64,000 bases of DNA from Acidimicrobiia bacterium (GCA_024421095.1 JAHQYM010000002.1:4279-68278), one strand, 5' to 3'. Shown: positions 8,878 through 19,092, counted from the first letter of the stretch. Program-made: numbers and translations. Notes: generated by a model from the sequence alone, not told the origin.

Positions 8878-11800
8878 TTGGTTCAAGCCCACCTTGATGG
8901 CCTAACTAGCGCCAAAGATTCGGCATATTTATATGCCCACAAAGACGCTTGGGTGGAGAGCTTATGGCGTCTTTTGGACGCTGCCGAAGCGCGTTTGAAT
9001 TCGGTGCGCCAAGAGTTGCGTGGCCGAGAGAGATATATCGTTTTGGATGACCTTGATGCACAATGTTGGCAGATTGATGCGGCTTTAACGGAACTGGTTG
9101 GCCCCCCAACCAATGCCGAATTGACGTTAAGCAAAACCTCTCACACCCCAGAAGAAGAAACCGCGAGCGGCTCCGGTGCCGTACAGTTGCACTTGTCACG
9201 ATCTGATGGACGGGTCGTTGCGTGGGCATCCGGGCCAAAACAACGACCCGAGAAACACGACCTAGTACTGACCCGCATCAAAGAACTCGGTGGGGTAATC
9301 GACGATTGGGATCAGCGAGCCACCATCAAGATTCCAAATAGCGGCCGCGCAAGCACAGTATCGGCACCGCTAGAAAAAGTGCTTGGTTGGCTTGCTCCTT
9401 TAGGGCACCACAACGCTGACGAAACAGTCGGATCCAGCGTCAGGTGGATGGGTTACACCACGGCCCTGGCCATCCGCTTAGTCGCCGAAGGCCGTTATGT
9501 GCCGCAGCTTGTGCAGTTGAAACGACGGCGCCGAGACCCAGCAACTGACCAAGCGATGTTTCGAGTGCGTTGGCAACCTGCGCTGATCGAACCCGAGGTG
9601 TTAGCTGGTTTGGTAAAAGCTGTGCCGGGAGCGGCAATGTTGGGAAGTCGCGAACAAGAAAAAGAAAAGTTCGCGCTTGCGGCTTTGACTGATTTGACCG
9701 ATGCCATAGTCGGGGTGGCCGCAACTCAGTTGGAAACACCAAGCGCGCCACCCGAGGTATTTACACGTCACGAAGTCACCGAGGCACTACTCGCACACCT
9801 AGACGGCAAGCCGTTTATGGCACCCATCAATCACGGTAGCGACCTACTGCGCCGCCTCAATACCTGGGTTTTCCCGGTACTTGGTGAAGCCGGGTTGCGC
9901 CTCGTTGTGCAACTTGCTCCACCAGACGAAGCGGGTGCTTGGCATGTGGCAGTGTTGTGTCCTGACGACGATGGCAATTTGATTCCAGTTGAAGTAGCGA
10001 TCACTCTCGCATCCAAGTTCAACACCAAAATAATTGTGGCTCAGTTAGCCAGGCTTGAGCGACTATTTCCGGAGTTGTTGCGCTTAGGCGGCAGGCGACG
10101 CGGAGAAGTATTCCTGTCGCAAGATGAAGCTTGGCGGTTGATGACCGAATCCGGCGATTTGTTGCGCAGCGCGGGTTTCGATGTGCGCGTGCCGGCGCTG
10201 CGGCGGCAAAAGGCGGTGGCATCGCTGCGTTTGACCTCTGAAACAGATGAAACCGTGGTAGGTGCACAGCAACTAGCCAATGTTCGTTGGTCGGCGGTGT
10301 TCGACGAGGTCGAACTAAGTGCGGCTGAAATCGCAGATTTGGCTGCCAAAGCTCGACCGCTGGTTCGCTCGCGAGGCCAATGGGTTGAACTCGACAAAGC
10401 AGATTTAGCTCAAGCCGCTGCGGCACTCGCGCAAAGAGCGGACAAAACCCGCATGAGCGGTGCTGATATGTTGCGTCATGCTTTGGGTTTGGAGGGGTCA
10501 CCGCTCGCTGGTGGTATCAACATTGTTGGTGAAGGTTGGGCTGCCGACCTCTTACGCAGCGTCAACAACTTTCCTGAACATCCCACCACAAGACCTCCCG
10601 GTTTCAGCGGCGAGTTGCGCAGCTATCAAGCGGATGCGCTGGTCTGGTTGAATTTCTTAGACGATGCCGGTTTAGGCGGCTGTTTAGCGTTGGATATGGG
10701 GCTCGGCAAAACCCCGACCACGCTGGCAAGTTTGGCAGCTTCCACTTTGGGTACCGGGTTGGTTGTGGCACCACCAGCGGTGGTTGGAAACTGGGCTAGT
10801 GAAGCCAGGCTGTTTGTTCCCGACTTGAAAGTGATGGTGCATCACGGTGCCCAGCGCGCTAAGGGAGTGGCTTTGACTAAAGCGGTGCGCGGCGCTGATG
10901 TGGTCATTACGACGTATGGCACCGCGGTGCGTGACATGGATCAACTAAGCAAACTTGATTGGGGCAAAGTGGTGATTGATGAGGCGCAAGCAATAAAGAA
11001 TCCTTTAGCGGAAACCTCACGGCAACTGCGCCGACTAACTGCAAGTAGCCGACTAGCTCTTACCGGAACGCCTATCGAAAACGGTTTAGGTGACCTCTGG
11101 GCGATCTTGGATTGGGCCAACCCCGGCCTTCTGGGTTCCCGAGCGCACTTCATTAGTGGTCTAACTCCGAACAAGAATGGTAGCGGCCAAAGCAACGGTC
11201 GCAGTAACGGCCGTGCGAATGCCAGCACCACCAAACAAGGTGCTGAAGATGCCTTGCGGGCGCTAAACGGCATTTTGGTTTATCGTCGTACGAAAGCCGA
11301 ACCTTCCATTGCTGCTGAGCTTCCAGACCGGATTGATGAACTTGATCATTGCCCGATGACTCCAGAGCAAATCGGTTTGTATCAAGCGGTGGTAGACGCT
11401 TTGCTCCTTGAAGCAAAAAACGAAGATGCTGTTGTGCCACAACGCAAGGGAGCGGTGTTGTCGGCGATTACTGCGCTCAAACAGATTTGTAATCACCCCC
11501 TCAACTACCGTACGGACGACAAAGGTGTACATGGGCGCTCGGGCAAGCTGGAACGCCTTTATGAGATTCTTGCCCATGTGTTTGCAGCAGAGGAGAAGGT
11601 GCTGATTTTCACCCATTTCGCTAGTTGGGGTGAGACCTTGGCTGAACACCTTTCGCAGTGGTATGAGCGGCCCATATCTTGTTATCACGGTGGGTTAGGT
11701 CGCGGCGCGCGAGACCGTATGGTGGCCGAGTTCCAAGAATCTAGTGGTGCTGGCGCTTTGGTGTTGTCGCTCAAAGCTGGTGGCACTGGGCTGAATTTGA

Positions 11801-12135
11801 CGGCCGCGAACCATGTGGTTCTCTATGACCGTTGGTGGAACCCCGCGGTAGAAGATCAAGCACGAGACCGGGTTTGGCGAATCGGGCAAGAAAACACCGT
11901 AATTTGTCACCGTTTGGTCTGCCCTGGAACTATTGATGAACGGGTTGAGGAAGTGGTCGCCGGGAAACGTCAGATTGCTAACCTCACCTTGCCCAAATCA
12001 AGTTCCATCGACGACCTCAACGCCGATCAACTGCAAGCGGTTTTGGGTATCGACAGCGCCGCCTTACTTGATGTCGACTCAGACCAAGAGGTCGCTCTGA
12101 TGGATCCTTCCAACCTTGAAAACTCCCTAGCATGA
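8878..12135 (+). CDS. SNF2/Swi2 family helicase (HelZ-like) with a long N-terminal extension
   Basis: Helicase motifs seen: LALDMGLGKT (I), VIDEAQAIKN (II), LTGTPIEN (III), helicase-C SLKAGGTGLNLT, and QARDRVWRIGQ (VI). TTG start at 8878. An in-frame TAG at 8818 limits any upstream extension. Confidence 0.9.
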   Translation: MVQAHLDGLTSAKDSAYLYAHKDAWVESLWRLLDAAEARLNSVRQELRGRERYIVLDDLDAQCWQIDAALTELVGPPTNAELTLSKTSHTPEEETASGSGAVQLHLSRSDGRVVAWASGPKQRPEKHDLVLTRIKELGGVIDDWDQRATIKIPNSGRASTVSAPLEKVLGWLAPLGHHNADETVGSSVRWMGYTTALAIRLVAEGRYVPQLVQLKRRRRDPATDQAMFRVRWQPALIEPEVLAGLVKAVPGAAMLGSREQEKEKFALAALTDLTDAIVGVAATQLETPSAPPEVFTRHEVTEALLAHLDGKPFMAPINHGSDLLRRLNTWVFPVLGEAGLRLVVQLAPPDEAGAWHVAVLCPDDDGNLIPVEVAITLASKFNTKIIVAQLARLERLFPELLRLGGRRRGEVFLSQDEAWRLMTESGDLLRSAGFDVRVPALRRQKAVASLRLTSETDETVVGAQQLANVRWSAVFDEVELSAAEIADLAAKARPLVRSRGQWVELDKADLAQAAAALAQRADKTRMSGADMLRHALGLEGSPLAGGINIVGEGWAADLLRSVNNFPEHPTTRPPGFSGELRSYQADALVWLNFLDDAGLGGCLALDMGLGKTPTTLASLAASTLGTGLVVAPPAVVGNWASEARLFVPDLKVMVHHGAQRAKGVALTKAVRGADVVITTYGTAVRDMDQLSKLDWGKVVIDEAQAIKNPLAETSRQLRRLTASSRLALTGTPIENGLGDLWAILDWANPGLLGSRAHFISGLTPNKNGSGQSNGRSNGRANASTTKQGAEDALRALNGILVYRRTKAEPSIAAELPDRIDELDHCPMTPEQIGLYQAVVDALLLEAKNEDAVVPQRKGAVLSAITALKQICNHPLNYRTDDKGVHGRSGKLERLYEILAHVFAAEEKVLIFTHFASWGETLAEHLSQWYERPISCYHGGLGRGARDRMVAEFQESSGAGALVLSLKAGGTGLNLTAANHVVLYDRWWNPAVEDQARDRVWRIGQENTVICHRLVCPGTIDERVEEVVAGKRQIANLTLPKSSSIDDLNADQLQAVLGIDSAALLDVDSDQEVALMDPSNLENSLA

Positions 12136-12437
12136 AAGAAAGCCGTCAAAACCAAAACCAAGCGGCTAAGGGACGCAAAGGCTCCCCCAAAATTGATCCG
12201 TTGGAGTTTTGGGGAGACCCCGAAGCGCTGAGCCAATTAGACGAAACAGTGCATGAAAAACTGACGGAACAAAGCGCCGGCGATCCGCGAGCTTTGCTTA
12301 ACTCTTTGGGGAGACCTCCGTTACCGGGCCAAGAGGTTGTTGCGGAGCGCTGGTTGACGCTGGTATTTGAACGCTCCGCCTTTTTGGCTGAAGCTTTAGC
12401 TGTTGCTGCCGAACTCAACGACAACGGCAGCGAGTAG
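12132..12437 (+). CDS. Hypothetical small acidic protein (101 aa), translationally coupled to the helicase
   Basis: ATGA start/stop overlap at 12132-12135. The composition is plausible for a protein, but I recognise no family. Confidence 0.4.
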   Translation: MKESRQNQNQAAKGRKGSPKIDPLEFWGDPEALSQLDETVHEKLTEQSAGDPRALLNSLGRPPLPGQEVVAERWLTLVFERSAFLAEALAVAAELNDNGSE

Positions 12438-12449
12438 TGTGTTTCCTAG

Positions 12450-14861
12450 ATGGATGACCAAGAGCTTTTGTCGGCCCCGTTAGAAGCGCTGCTCGCTGCT
12501 GCTGCTCAGCGCCGAGACAACACATTCGCCAATGTGCTGACGTATTCACCGAAAGTGTTTATTCCCCTCACAATGTTGTGCCGAGATAAATGCGGCTATT
12601 GCACCTTCGCACAACCACCAGCGCGCCTAGAGCAACCTTATCTAAAGCCCGATGAGGTGTTGGAAATCGCTCGCGGGGGTGCTGCGCTGGGTTGCCACGA
12701 AGCCTTGTTTACGCTGGGAGAACGGCCTGAATTGCGTTACCCGCTTGCACAAGAATGGTTAGCAACCCAAGGTTACCAGTCGACCGTCGACTATGTGTTG
12801 GCGATGGCGCAGTTAGTGCTTGACGAAACGGGGTTACTCCCCCACGCCAACACCGGTGCCATGTACGCCAACGAACTGCACGAGTTGCGCCGTGTTGCAC
12901 CGAGTCAAGGCATGATGTTGGAGACAATACGAGCCGACCTCCAATGCCATCGCGGTGCGCCCGACAAGACACCACAACGCCGACTGGCAACACTGCGCGC
13001 CGCTGGAGAGCTAAGCATTCCGTTTACCACAGGAATTTTGGTGGGCATTGGCGAGGCTCGCGCAGACCGGGTTGCAGCGTTGCGGGCGATTGCAGAACTG
13101 CATAGACAGTACGGGCATATCCAAGAGGTAATCGTGCAGAACTTTCTGCCCAAAGCTCGAACTGCGATGCAGGGTGCCCAACCTTGCTCCCACGCTGAAC
13201 ACCTTGAAGCGATCGCTTGGGCCCGCCTGATTTTGCCAGACGATGTTACCGTGCAAGCCCCCCCAAATCTTTCCGATGAGCTTCTTGAGTTGATAGCTGC
13301 GGGCATAAATGATTGGGGTGGGGTTTCGCCGCTCACCGTCGATCATGTCAACCCAGAGCGACCTTGGCCGTCGTTAGCCAAACTCCGCAAACTCACCGAA
13401 AACGCTGGCTTCAATCTCACTCCCCGCCTCGGAATTCACCCGACTTACGCGCGTGACCCGCACACTTGGATTGACGAACGTTTACATTTTGCGGTGATGG
13501 ATCGCAGCGATTCGCAAGGTTACGCGCGTGATGATCCAGGATCGGTTTGGCCAGAGCGGACGATGCTAAAAACTGATGTTGGTGACGGCGCGGAGTGTGA
13601 ACTCGTAGACGAGCAATCCACGCAGTGGTACGTGGGTGCCAAGCGTTCGCCGTGCCAGTTAGTGCCGGCGTACGCTCAAGCCAATGGTGCGGTGGGTGAG
13701 GTTCTTGAAGGGGTACGTTCTGGTGAGGATCTGGGTTTTGATGAGATTGTTACTTTGTTTGCGGCACGTGGCGCGGAAGTAGCCGCGGTTGCCGAGGTGG
13801 CTGATGAACTGCGAGCCACACTAAATGGCGATGAGGTCACCTGGGTTGCTAATCGCAACATCAATTACACCAATGTTTGCACCTTCCGTTGCAAGTTTTG
13901 TGGCTTCTCTAAGGGCCCCTTGTCGCTCAATTTGAGAGGCAAACCATATCTATTGACGCTTCAAGAGATAGCTCAGCGCAGCATTGAGGCGGCCCACGCG
14001 GGCGCTACTGAGGTGTGTCTGCAAGGTGGTATTCATCCCGATTTCGATGGCGACTATTACATAGATGTTGCCCGTGCCGTCCACGAAGCAGTCCCGGGGA
14101 TGCATATTCACGGTTTCACCGCCCTTGAAGTGACCGAGGGGGCGAAACGCAATCAGGAACCTCTAGCGGATTATTTGACACGCCTGCGTGAAGCTGGCCA
14201 GCGTTCATTGCCTGGTACCGCAGCCGAGATTCTGCACGATGAGGTTCGTCAGGTGCTTTGTCCAGACAAAATCACCAGCGAAGAATGGCTTGAGGCGCAT
14301 CGTACTGCTCACGCGGTCGGGCTACGTTCTAATGTGACCATCATGTTTGGTTCGATTGAACGGCCCGAACATTGGGCGCAGCATCTGCTCTGCACCCGTG
14401 CCCTGCAGGAAGAAACAGGGGGATTTACGGAGTTCGTGGGGTTGCCGTTCGTGCATATGGCTGCCCCAATTTATCTGCGTGGTGGGGCTCGCCGTGGCCC
14501 GACTTGGCGAGAGGTTTTGTTGATGCATGCGGTTGCGCGGATTGCTTACCGGGGCAGGATAAACAACATTCAAGCATCGTGGGTCAAACTCGGATTTGAG
14601 GCGATCCAACAACTGCTGCGGTGCGGGGTTAACGACCTGGGCGGCACTTTGATGGACGAAAATATCTCTCGCGCTGCTGGTGCGGCTCATGGCATTACCG
14701 TTAGCGAAACCGACTTCCGTGATGTGGTCGAACCTTTGGGCCGACGATTAACCCAACGCACAACGCTGTATGGCCGTGTTAATGCTGCTGACTTACCTTT
14801 GTCGACACGCCGCGCCGGGCGCGCCTCAATTCCGTTGGCACCTTTAGCTACGGTCGGTTAG
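12450..14861 (+). CDS. fbiC: FO synthase (7,8-didemethyl-8-hydroxy-5-deazariboflavin synthase), fused CofG/CofH
   Basis: Two radical-SAM clusters, CRDKCGYCTF in the N-terminal half and CTFRCKFCGF in the C-terminal half. The roughly 800 aa length is typical of actinobacterial FbiC. Confidence 0.95.
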   Translation: MDDQELLSAPLEALLAAAAQRRDNTFANVLTYSPKVFIPLTMLCRDKCGYCTFAQPPARLEQPYLKPDEVLEIARGGAALGCHEALFTLGERPELRYPLAQEWLATQGYQSTVDYVLAMAQLVLDETGLLPHANTGAMYANELHELRRVAPSQGMMLETIRADLQCHRGAPDKTPQRRLATLRAAGELSIPFTTGILVGIGEARADRVAALRAIAELHRQYGHIQEVIVQNFLPKARTAMQGAQPCSHAEHLEAIAWARLILPDDVTVQAPPNLSDELLELIAAGINDWGGVSPLTVDHVNPERPWPSLAKLRKLTENAGFNLTPRLGIHPTYARDPHTWIDERLHFAVMDRSDSQGYARDDPGSVWPERTMLKTDVGDGAECELVDEQSTQWYVGAKRSPCQLVPAYAQANGAVGEVLEGVRSGEDLGFDEIVTLFAARGAEVAAVAEVADELRATLNGDEVTWVANRNINYTNVCTFRCKFCGFSKGPLSLNLRGKPYLLTLQEIAQRSIEAAHAGATEVCLQGGIHPDFDGDYYIDVARAVHEAVPGMHIHGFTALEVTEGAKRNQEPLADYLTRLREAGQRSLPGTAAEILHDEVRQVLCPDKITSEEWLEAHRTAHAVGLRSNVTIMFGSIERPEHWAQHLLCTRALQEETGGFTEFVGLPFVHMAAPIYLRGGARRGPTWREVLLMHAVARIAYRGRINNIQASWVKLGFEAIQQLLRCGVNDLGGTLMDENISRAAGAAHGITVSETDFRDVVEPLGRRLTQRTTLYGRVNAADLPLSTRRAGRASIPLAPLATVG

Positions 14862-15097
14862 TAGTTGGGTTCGTTGGGTTCGCTGAGTAGGTGAATGGCT
14901 TTTTCGATGGCCCGGCGAGCGCGCGTGATCCGTTTTTCGTCTACTGGCAACTCTTTTCCACCAGCATCTATGGATTCGCGCAGACGCATGATGGCGAGAT
15001 CTGTTAGTTCTTCTGAGATCGTTTCCAACCGACTTTTTATGTCCTCGAAGTCTTGGCCCATGGCCCTAACCGTAGCGGATCGTGAGGAGAGGTTCAT
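14858..15097 (-). CDS. Hypothetical small helical protein; start uncertain (ATG 15097, ATG 15058, or the track start at 15202)
   Basis: The ORF is convergent with fbiC and overlaps it by 4 nt. The C-terminal part (DFEDIKSRLETISEELTDLAIMRLRESID...RARRAIEKAIHLL) looks like genuine helical protein. The longest form would overlap the divergent gene at 15134. Confidence 0.4.
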   Translation of the reverse strand: MNLSSRSATVRAMGQDFEDIKSRLETISEELTDLAIMRLRESIDAGGKELPVDEKRITRARRAIEKAIHLLSEPNEPNY

Positions 15098-15133
15098 GGT
15101 TGGATCGCGATTGCCTTCTTTGGCGTTACCGTC

Positions 15134-15907
15134 GTGGCTATGAGCACGCCCCAATACCGTGAATGGGTTAGTTTCGATGATCCAGACGGTTCTACTTGGC
15201 ATTTTGATTTGACTTTTCTTGCTAGCAACTACGGCTGTATTTACGGCCGTGGATGCCCCGGGGTACTAACCGAATTAGCACCAGAATATGAGCACGGATG
15301 CTGCAATTACGGGGCTCATATTGTGAGCGACGAGGATCGAGAAGCGGTGGAAGCACATATCGCGCGCCTTACTAGTGACGAGTGGCAGTTCGCTCAAGTA
15401 GCTGCCGACCGAGGTGGCGCAATGCGCGCAAACGAAGCTGGTGACTTGGTCACCGAGTTGGTTGATGATGCCTGCATTTTGTTGAACCGCAGTGGTTTTG
15501 GTGCCGGCGCGGGTTGTGCATTGCATCAGGCTGCCCTGACACGAGGGGAAAGGCCGCTTGACTGGAAACCAGACGTGTGCTGGCAGGTGCCCTTGCGATA
15601 CGACGAACACATCGAGAAAGATGGCCATATCAACCGCGTTTTGAGAGAGTGGCAGAGGCGTGATTGGGGCGAGGGAGGTGCCGAGTTTGCTTGGTGGTGT
15701 ACCGACGATCCGCTGGCCTTTGCCGAGGATCGTCCCGTGTGGCAGAGTTTACGCCACGAGATTGTTGAATTGGTCGGCCTTGAGCAATATGAGAGGCTTG
15801 TTGGGTATATTTTGGGTCGTGCTGAAAACCCTGCGAATGGCAACGGCAGTAGGGTGTTTTTGCCGCATCCCCAAGTCCGCCGAGGCGCTAAGAGCAAGGT
15901 GAGTTGA
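15134..15907 (+). CDS. Conserved-looking Cys-rich hypothetical protein (257 aa)
   Basis: Cys cluster NYGCIYGRGCPGV...HGCCNYGAH plus further Cys residues (DDACILL, GAGCALH, DVCWQ, WWCTD). Start is GTG 15134 or ATG 15140. I cannot place it confidently in a family. Confidence 0.6.
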   Translation: MAMSTPQYREWVSFDDPDGSTWHFDLTFLASNYGCIYGRGCPGVLTELAPEYEHGCCNYGAHIVSDEDREAVEAHIARLTSDEWQFAQVAADRGGAMRANEAGDLVTELVDDACILLNRSGFGAGAGCALHQAALTRGERPLDWKPDVCWQVPLRYDEHIEKDGHINRVLREWQRRDWGEGGAEFAWWCTDDPLAFAEDRPVWQSLRHEIVELVGLEQYERLVGYILGRAENPANGNGSRVFLPHPQVRRGAKSKVS

Positions 15908-15913
15908 ACGAAC

Positions 15914-17626
15914 GTGCTGAAACGCGAGAACGTGAAAAAGTACTTGGGTTCAGTGGTTGGCGGCCAAGACATCCGTTTGTTGGGTGCTTCGGTAGCGATT
16001 GGTGTGCTAGTTGCGATGGTCGTGGCGCTCTTTGAGTGGTTGACCGAATCGGTGCTGTTGCATTGGATTTTGCAGCAACCGTTGGTGGTTTTGGTGACGG
16101 CGCCGGTGGTTGGTATCTTGGCAGCCAACGCCTTGCTGCGTTGGGTGGGTCGAGGCACCAGCGGTGCAACATCAGATGAGTACATTCGCACTTTCCATGA
16201 ACGTCATCCGCGTCTGCCGATTATGCATCTGCCCGGCAAGTTGACCGCCGGAATCGCCACGATAGGTATGGGTGGTGCGGTCGGTTTAGAGGGGCCTTCA
16301 ATTTACGCTGGTTCTTCTATCGGGCTTTGGGTTCATGAGAAGACTGGCACCTTTTTGCGGCGTGACAACGCTCGTCTGCTACTTACCGCAGGAGCCGCAG
16401 CGGGCGTTGCGGCGGTGTTTAAAGCGCCCGCAACTGGCGTGATTTTTGCTATGGAAGCGCCTTACCGCGAGGACGTGACACCACAGGCCTTATTGCCGTC
16501 CTTGTTGGCTTCGGCAACAAGTTACGCCACCTTTGTTTCTCTGGTGGGTACCGCGCCGGTAGTGCCGTTTCTAGCTGAAGGAACTACCTCTGGGGCAGAA
16601 AGTGGCGTTGCAGTTCTAGGCGTTGATTTGATTGATTTGGCGGGTGCCTTGTTGTTGGGCATTGCCGCTGGGTTGGCCGGACGTGGATTTGCTTGGTTGG
16701 TGCGCCGCACGAAGTCTGGTGCCAAGCGTTATTCACTTACCAAAAGATTGTTGGTTGGTGGCGTTGGATTGGCTATTTTGGCTTGGGCTGCTCAGGTGGT
16801 GTTCGAATCTCCGCTGACACTTGGTCCGGGTACCAATGCGATGGATTGGGTAGTCGGTAACCGTGGTTTGGGTTTGATCGCGTTGTTGTTCGGAATGCGC
16901 ATGGCAGCAACGATTACCACGGTTTTCGCGGGTGGAGTCGGTGGGTTGTTCATACCGTTGGCTGCTTTGGGTGTGGTGCTTGGTGAGTTCGTTGGTCAAG
17001 CACTTGGCAACAACGAAACTACCCTTTACCCGATACTGGGGTTGGCTGCGTTTTTGGGTGCGGGTTATCGTGCGCCTATTGCTGCGGTAATGTTCGTGGC
17101 TGAGTCCACCGGTGGCGTCGGTAGTTTCGTTGTGCCAGCGTTGGTTGCCGCAGCGGTGAGTCAGGTGGTGGCTGGCCCCTCGTCGGTTGCCGATTATCAA
17201 CGCTCAGTACGTCTGGGGCATCTTGAACGGCGATTGACGTTGCCGATCGGCTCAATACTGTCTACCGACGTAATGACGGTTCCACCTGATGCGACCGTTT
17301 CAGAGTTCGTATATTTCCATGTGTTAGGTCGACGCGAACGGATCGTGCCAGTAGTCGAAAATGAACGATTTTTGGGTTTGGCACGCCTTGAAGATATTGC
17401 AGAGATCAACCGCGACGAATGGGAACAGACCACCATTAGTGAACACATGGCCACAGACCTACCAGTTGGTCAACCGTCTTGGACATTGCGCGACGCGGTT
17501 GCGGCAATGGGCGAGGCCCAAATTGATGTTATAGCTGTGACAGCTGTTAACGGCGCGTTCATCGGTGTTGTGACCGAAGACGACATCTTGAAACTAGATG
17601 AGATTCTTGACGAGACGGGTAACTAA
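15914..17626 (+). CDS. ClC-family chloride channel / H+-Cl- antiporter with a C-terminal CBS pair
   Basis: ClC selectivity-filter-like blocks GLEGPSIYAG, GVIFAMEAP and GGVGGLFIPL, with many TM segments. The C-terminal ~140 aa have CBS-like repeats (VMTVPPDATV...VPVVENERFLGL; VAAMGEAQIDVIAVTAVNGAFIGVVTEDDIL). Confidence 0.9.
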   Translation: MLKRENVKKYLGSVVGGQDIRLLGASVAIGVLVAMVVALFEWLTESVLLHWILQQPLVVLVTAPVVGILAANALLRWVGRGTSGATSDEYIRTFHERHPRLPIMHLPGKLTAGIATIGMGGAVGLEGPSIYAGSSIGLWVHEKTGTFLRRDNARLLLTAGAAAGVAAVFKAPATGVIFAMEAPYREDVTPQALLPSLLASATSYATFVSLVGTAPVVPFLAEGTTSGAESGVAVLGVDLIDLAGALLLGIAAGLAGRGFAWLVRRTKSGAKRYSLTKRLLVGGVGLAILAWAAQVVFESPLTLGPGTNAMDWVVGNRGLGLIALLFGMRMAATITTVFAGGVGGLFIPLAALGVVLGEFVGQALGNNETTLYPILGLAAFLGAGYRAPIAAVMFVAESTGGVGSFVVPALVAAAVSQVVAGPSSVADYQRSVRLGHLERRLTLPIGSILSTDVMTVPPDATVSEFVYFHVLGRRERIVPVVENERFLGLARLEDIAEINRDEWEQTTISEHMATDLPVGQPSWTLRDAVAAMGEAQIDVIAVTAVNGAFIGVVTEDDILKLDEILDETGN

Positions 17627-17629
17627 ACC

Positions 17630-17830
17630 TTAATCGTGCGAATTCGTTGATTCATTTGAGGAGTTTTCCCCTAAATCTTCTGCGAACTCGGCTGCCCAAG
17701 CGAGGTGCTCTGGTTTTAGCCGTTCTTGTCTTTCGTTGTCTAGGTCTTCGAGTAGTCGATCAAAGTCGCCATCGTGTGAGCGTTTAAGCTCACGGGCTTC
17801 TTCGTAACGCCTGTGTCGCCCCTTTTTCAC
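17630..17830 (-). CDS. Hypothetical small highly charged protein (66 aa)
   Basis: Basic N-terminus (MKKGRHRRYEEARELKR) and acidic remainder. It lies downstream of rnd on the same strand, 3 nt from the convergent ClC stop. Confidence 0.4.
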   Translation of the reverse strand: MKKGRHRRYEEARELKRSHDGDFDRLLEDLDNERQERLKPEHLAWAAEFAEDLGENSSNESTNSHD

Positions 17831-17931
17831 TATGCGAGCTCCAATTTTAAAGGTGCTTACGTTGCGTTTGCATTGTAGCGGCTCATTCTGGGAATCCGCA
17901 GCATACGATCACTTTCCTCAGACATATTTTC

Positions 17932-19092
17932 TCAAGTTAATGATTGCCTTGAGCGTGCTTCTAGCACCAAGATGTCTTGATCGCAGACCAACGCCGCATC
18001 ACCGTCCACCAAACGCCGTAGCTGTTCAGCCGCGAGGTCAGCTCGCCAACCTTGCGAAAGTCTGGCAGTATTGTCGCCTCGCACGAAGGCTTCGATATCA
18101 GCACGCGTGGCTAAGAGCGCGGGGTCAAGCTTTTGCTCCTTTGCAAATTGGTTTATCCAAGCTGCGGCCAAGGCGACCGCACTACGGTAGTCCCGCGCAG
18201 AATCACGGCGTTTCGGCTTGGGGGGAGGCCGCCAATCCTCGGCAAGTCCAAACGCAACTGTGTTGATGATCTCTGCGCCCCTCTTGCCCTTGGCGACACC
18301 CGGGTCGACACCCCGGATCTTCTTGAGAGCTTGCAGATCGGTGGGCATGGCTTGAGCGATAGCGGCGACCGCCAAATCGGGCAGCACATTACGCACCGGT
18401 CGGTCTACCGTGGCAGCGTGTTGTTCACGCCAAGCTGCGAGAGCACGTGCCACCGCCAGCGTGCGGCCTTTGAGTTGCCGGAGTGCTTTGATTTTTCTCC
18501 ACGCTTCATTTGGATCTCGTGCGGTGCTACTACGTTGACGCATGACTTCAAATTCATCTTCTACCCAGCGGGTTCGGTGCAACGACTTGAGTTGCGACAC
18601 TAGACGATCTTGAATTTCTATGAGACGCGCCACATCTGCGGCTGCGTATTCGAGTTGATCGGCACCGAGCGGGCGTTTCAACCAATTCGTGAAGCGGTGT
18701 CCTTTGGCGAGCTCCACTCCCAACTCGCGTTGGTGCAGCAGCGCTAGTGAGGGTGCTGCAAGTCCGAGGAACCCGGCGGCGATCTGGGTATCGAAAAAGC
18801 GTTTTGGTATCGCGCCGCACTCTCGGTTGAGAACTTCAAAGTCTTGTGCTGCTGCGTGGACGACTGCTAACGCATCACTTTCCATGAGTGCTTTGAGTGG
18901 AGCGAGTTCAGTTGCTAGCGGGTCGATCAAGACGATTTGGTTGAGCCAGGCGATCTGCACGAGCGCGACTTTGGGCCAATAGGTATGCTCGCGATGAAAC
19001 TCGGTATCAAGGGCGTAGCTATCTTGTTGACAAATGGTCTCTACGGTTGCTTTGAGGTCTTCGTCACGATCAATGATCCGATACTTATGCAT
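17932..19092 (-). CDS. rnd: Ribonuclease D (DEDD 3'-5' exonuclease + HRDC)
   Basis: The exonuclease block YALDTEFHREHTYWPKVALVQI and YAAADVARL (DEDDy), with an HRDC-like region (LPDLAVAAIAQAMPTDLQALKKIRGV). Confidence 0.9.
   Translation of the reverse strand: MHKYRIIDRDEDLKATVETICQQDSYALDTEFHREHTYWPKVALVQIAWLNQIVLIDPLATELAPLKALMESDALAVVHAAAQDFEVLNRECGAIPKRFFDTQIAAGFLGLAAPSLALLHQRELGVELAKGHRFTNWLKRPLGADQLEYAAADVARLIEIQDRLVSQLKSLHRTRWVEDEFEVMRQRSSTARDPNEAWRKIKALRQLKGRTLAVARALAAWREQHAATVDRPVRNVLPDLAVAAIAQAMPTDLQALKKIRGVDPGVAKGKRGAEIINTVAFGLAEDWRPPPKPKRRDSARDYRSAVALAAAWINQFAKEQKLDPALLATRADIEAFVRGDNTARLSQGWRADLAAEQLRRLVDGDAALVCDQDILVLEARSRQSLT

Noticed and set aside
17630-17830. The small charged 66-aa protein as a possible Pup (given arc in the window)
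   Set aside because: Pup ends in GGQ or GGE and has a characteristic C-terminal helix that binds Mpa. This protein ends ...ESTNSHD. It is also on the far side of many unrelated genes. I keep it only as a hypothetical protein.
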